Part shown: positions 33,241 through 35,018 of the stretch, in pieces
How the letters are laid out: every line of letters starts with the position of its first letter
How positions within the stretch are numbered: the first letter of the stretch is position 1
Assembly (NCBI GenBank): GCA_964016885.1
Contig: CAXHJY010000108.1
Location: forward strand, 1-35,018
Source of the DNA: Eledone cirrhosa
Lineage: Eukaryota
DNA length: 35,018 nucleotides
Direction of reading: 5' to 3'
Program-made: the position numbers and the translations under genes
The notes under the pieces: generated by a model
What the model saw: only the letters and a program-made list of their open reading frames with translations
What the model was told of the DNA's origin: nothing
Databases searched by the model: none

Positions 33241-35018
33241 TGGGAGTTCCTAAAAAATAACTTACTAGAGGCGACGGATGAGGTTTGTGGCTGGAGTAAG
33301 ACCTCAAGCAGGAGGAGAGTGACTTGGTGGTGGAACAATAAGGTAGATGAAGCAGTCAAGGCCAAGAGACAGGCATGGAAAGAATGGAAGAACGGGGGGA
33401 GCAGGGTACATTACATAGAGACCAAGAGGGAAGCTAGGCGACAAGTATACTTAGCTAGGAGGGAAGCAGAGGATAGAAAATTCAAGCATGTTTTACAACG
33501 TGAGGACCAGAAACAGGAGGTATTCAAGATTGCGAGGCAGTGTGTCAGAGATAGTTGTGATGTCATTGGAGAGAAGTGTATCCGGAATGATAAAGGTGAG
33601 CTTGCCCTCACAAGTGCTGAGAAGAAAGATGCATGGAAGAGTCATTATGATAGATTACTAAATGAGGAGAATGCATGGGAAGAAGAGACCCTACCCCACG
33701 TAGACCCTATAGAGGGACCAGCAGTACAAGTCAGCGGCAGCGTAGTAAGTAAGGCAATCAGAGATATGAAGATAGGGAAGGCAACCGGTCCATCGGGTAT
33801 AGCTGCCGAGATGCTGAAGGCATCTGGGTCTGTAGGTCACACTATAACCACACGTATCGTTAACCAGGTAATACTAGAGGGGGCCATACCAAAAGATTGG
33901 TGCAGTAGCATCATTGTCAACTGCTACAAAGGTAAAGGCGATGCACTAGATAGAGGAAACTATAGAGGTATAAAGTTGATGGACCAGGTCATGAAAGTAA
34001 CAGAAAGAGTTATAGCACAGCTGATTAGGGACCGGGTGAATATAGACGAGATGCAATTTGGGTTTGTTCCAGGGAAAGGCACCACTGATGCGCTCTTCCT
34101 TGTGAGGCAATTACAGGAAAAGTACCTAGCTAAAAGTAAGCCACTCTACTTGGCATTTGTCGACCTTGAGAAAGCCTTTGACAGAGTTCCACGTGCAGTA
34201 ATCTGGTGGGCTCTTAGAAAACTAGGAGTAGATGAATGGCTTGTGAAAGCGGTACAAGCCATGTATAGGGGAGCAGTCAGCAAAGTTAGGATTGGCAATG
34301 AGTATAGCGAGGAATTTAGCGTACAGGTTGGGGTCCACCAGGGCTCTGTTCTTAGCCCTCTCCTGTTCATCATAGTCCTGCAGGCAATAACGGAGGAGTT
34401 TAAGACCGGATGCCCATGGGAACTCCTGTATGCTGATGACCTCGCACTCATAGCTGAATCTATGGTAGAACTAGAGAATAAATTCCAAACCTGGAAGCAG
34501 GGACTAGAGAGAAAGGGCCTCAAAGTCAACATGACAAAGACTAAGGTCCTTATAAGTAGACGAGAAAACAGAACCCAGATCCCCTCAGGGAAATGGCCTT
34601 GCTCAGTATGTAGGAAAGGTGTAGGTAGGAACTCCATTCTCTGCCCCAAATGCAAACAATGGGTACACAAGAGATGTAGCGGGATCTCAGGAAGCTTAAT
34701 TAAGAATGTAGGATTCACATGCAGCAGCTGTGCTGAAACAGCAAGCAAACAGCCACAGGAAACAAGTACCACCAATCTCTGGGAGGGCCCTGTAGAAACA
34801 GTAGACAGCTTCTGCTACCTAGGTGACCGAATTAGCAACGGAGGTGGGTGCTCAGAAAGTACAATAACTAGGGTAAGAACGGGATGGAAGAAGTTTAGGG
34901 AACTACTACCACTGCTAGCTGCAAAAGGCTTCTCCTCAGAATGAAAGGCAGACTGTATGATGCGTGTATCCGAACAGCGATGTTGCATGGTAGTGAGACC
35001 TGGGCGCTGAAGGTGGAA
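33241..35018 (+). mobile_element. RTE LINE family B, 5'-truncated (no endonuclease), running off the window; RT frame 33241-34944 with a 1-nt deletion near 34935
   Basis: WEFLKNNLL...WWWN...YRGIKL, MQFGF, YADD, PHD insertion; ttctcctcaga here versus ttctccctcaga in the other B copies. Confidence 0.95.

Overview
Eukaryotic (animal) repeat-dense window. It is probably intronic, and the SINE/LINE tail sequences suggest a mollusc/cephalopod such as Octopus (recognition only, unverified). By my block tally about 15 kb (~44%) is interrupted (TA)n/(TACA)n microsatellite; the many long Tyr/Ile ORFs in the track are artefacts of it. The islands between arrays are almost all transposons: (i) 13 copies of three related RTE-clade LINE families (A, B, C), 11 with (ATG)n tails, plus a PHD-type C4HC3 finger inserted inside the RT; (ii) a near-complete CR1-group LINE on the minus strand (intact 1006-codon EN+RT ORF2, ORF1 with poly-Q and two CCCH fingers) and a second CR1-group 3' fragment; (iii) a full-length decayed DD34D mariner; (iv) a tRNA-derived SINE ending in the family C tail; (v) four non-coding islands with hammerhead ribozyme motifs on the + strand (two complete, one variant core, one half core), three of them starting with a fold-back inversion at the TA junction, as expected of non-autonomous Penelope-like/retrozyme elements. 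One probable 168-nt host exon (7726-7893, +) lies inside the arrays. Best leads: the hammerhead/inversion elements, a candidate -1 ribosomal frameshift for an AUG-less LINE ORF2, the apparent capture of a SINE-like module as the RTE 3' UTR, and a window-wide strand bias of C interruptions in the TA arrays.
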